64,000 bases of DNA from Shigella phage PSD9, in sequence record MZ561532. One strand, 5' to 3'. Both the position numbers and the translations under genes were made by a program. Of this stretch, positions 63,852 through 64,000 are shown piece by piece (position 1 is the stretch's first letter; every line of letters begins with the position of its first letter). Below the pieces are notes generated by a model. The model ran no database searches, was not told where the DNA came from, and saw only the letters and a program-made list of their open reading frames with translations.

Positions 63852-64000
63852 ATGTTAGTTACAACAAATAACCATTGAGCAGGATACTCAACACCCATGC
63901 GCCGGATAATATCATTCATAGATTCGGTTAAAGCATAAAATGTGTAGCCATAAAAATTAATCATTTAAGCGATTTCCTCATTAAGATTTCAAATAAGTTA

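Noticed and set aside
1-64000. tRNA genes, CRISPR arrays, IS elements, group I introns or homing-endonuclease insertions in core genes
   Set aside because: No intergenic gap has tRNA-like structure or repeat-spacer periodicity; core genes 43, 41, 39, 52 are uninterrupted ORFs; the only endonuclease-like signature is the GIY-YIG domain fused in the 499-aa ORF, reported as a finding rather than a mobile element

Overview
This window reads as a contiguous segment of a T4-like (Tevenvirinae-type) myovirus genome, with gene order matching T4 from gene 59 through gene 55. I could not run any search, so all calls rest on reading the translations, on recalled T4 protein sequences and on synteny. Recognisable genes are 59(partial)-33-dsbA-rnh on the minus strand, the plus-strand late block 34-35-36-37-38-t (long tail fibre, T2-type gp38 adhesin, holin), and then a long minus-strand early/middle region: asiA, motA, 52, ndd, rIIB, rIIA, a fused 39/60 topoisomerase subunit, dexA, dda, modA/modB, soc, 56, 61, 41, 40, uvsX, 42, imm, 43, regA, 62, 44, 45, rpbA, 46, 47 and 55. 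Many track ORFs begin at GTG/TTG codons inside promoter sequence, so I moved starts to the first ATG with a Shine-Dalgarno where the protein alignment supported it. Regulatory signals are dense: at least 17 early promoters (GTTTAC -35), 12 of them with an extended conserved downstream box; TATAAATA late promoters; one MotA-box middle promoter; and C(UUCG)G hairpin terminators. The most interesting content is accessory: (1) the dCMP hydroxymethylase gene 42 sits in a translationally coupled operon with a P-loop kinase, a HAD phosphatase, a sugar-1-phosphate nucleotidyltransferase/anomeric-kinase fusion and an unknown 297-aa protein, while no alpha- or beta-glucosyltransferase is visible at either canonical locus, suggesting a non-glucose hmC hypermodification pathway; (2) the dam locus holds a 499-aa GIY-YIG plus NPPF methyltransferase-like protein overlapping a 161-aa ORF with a possible SAM-binding motif. 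No tRNA, rRNA, CRISPR array or transposon was recognised.
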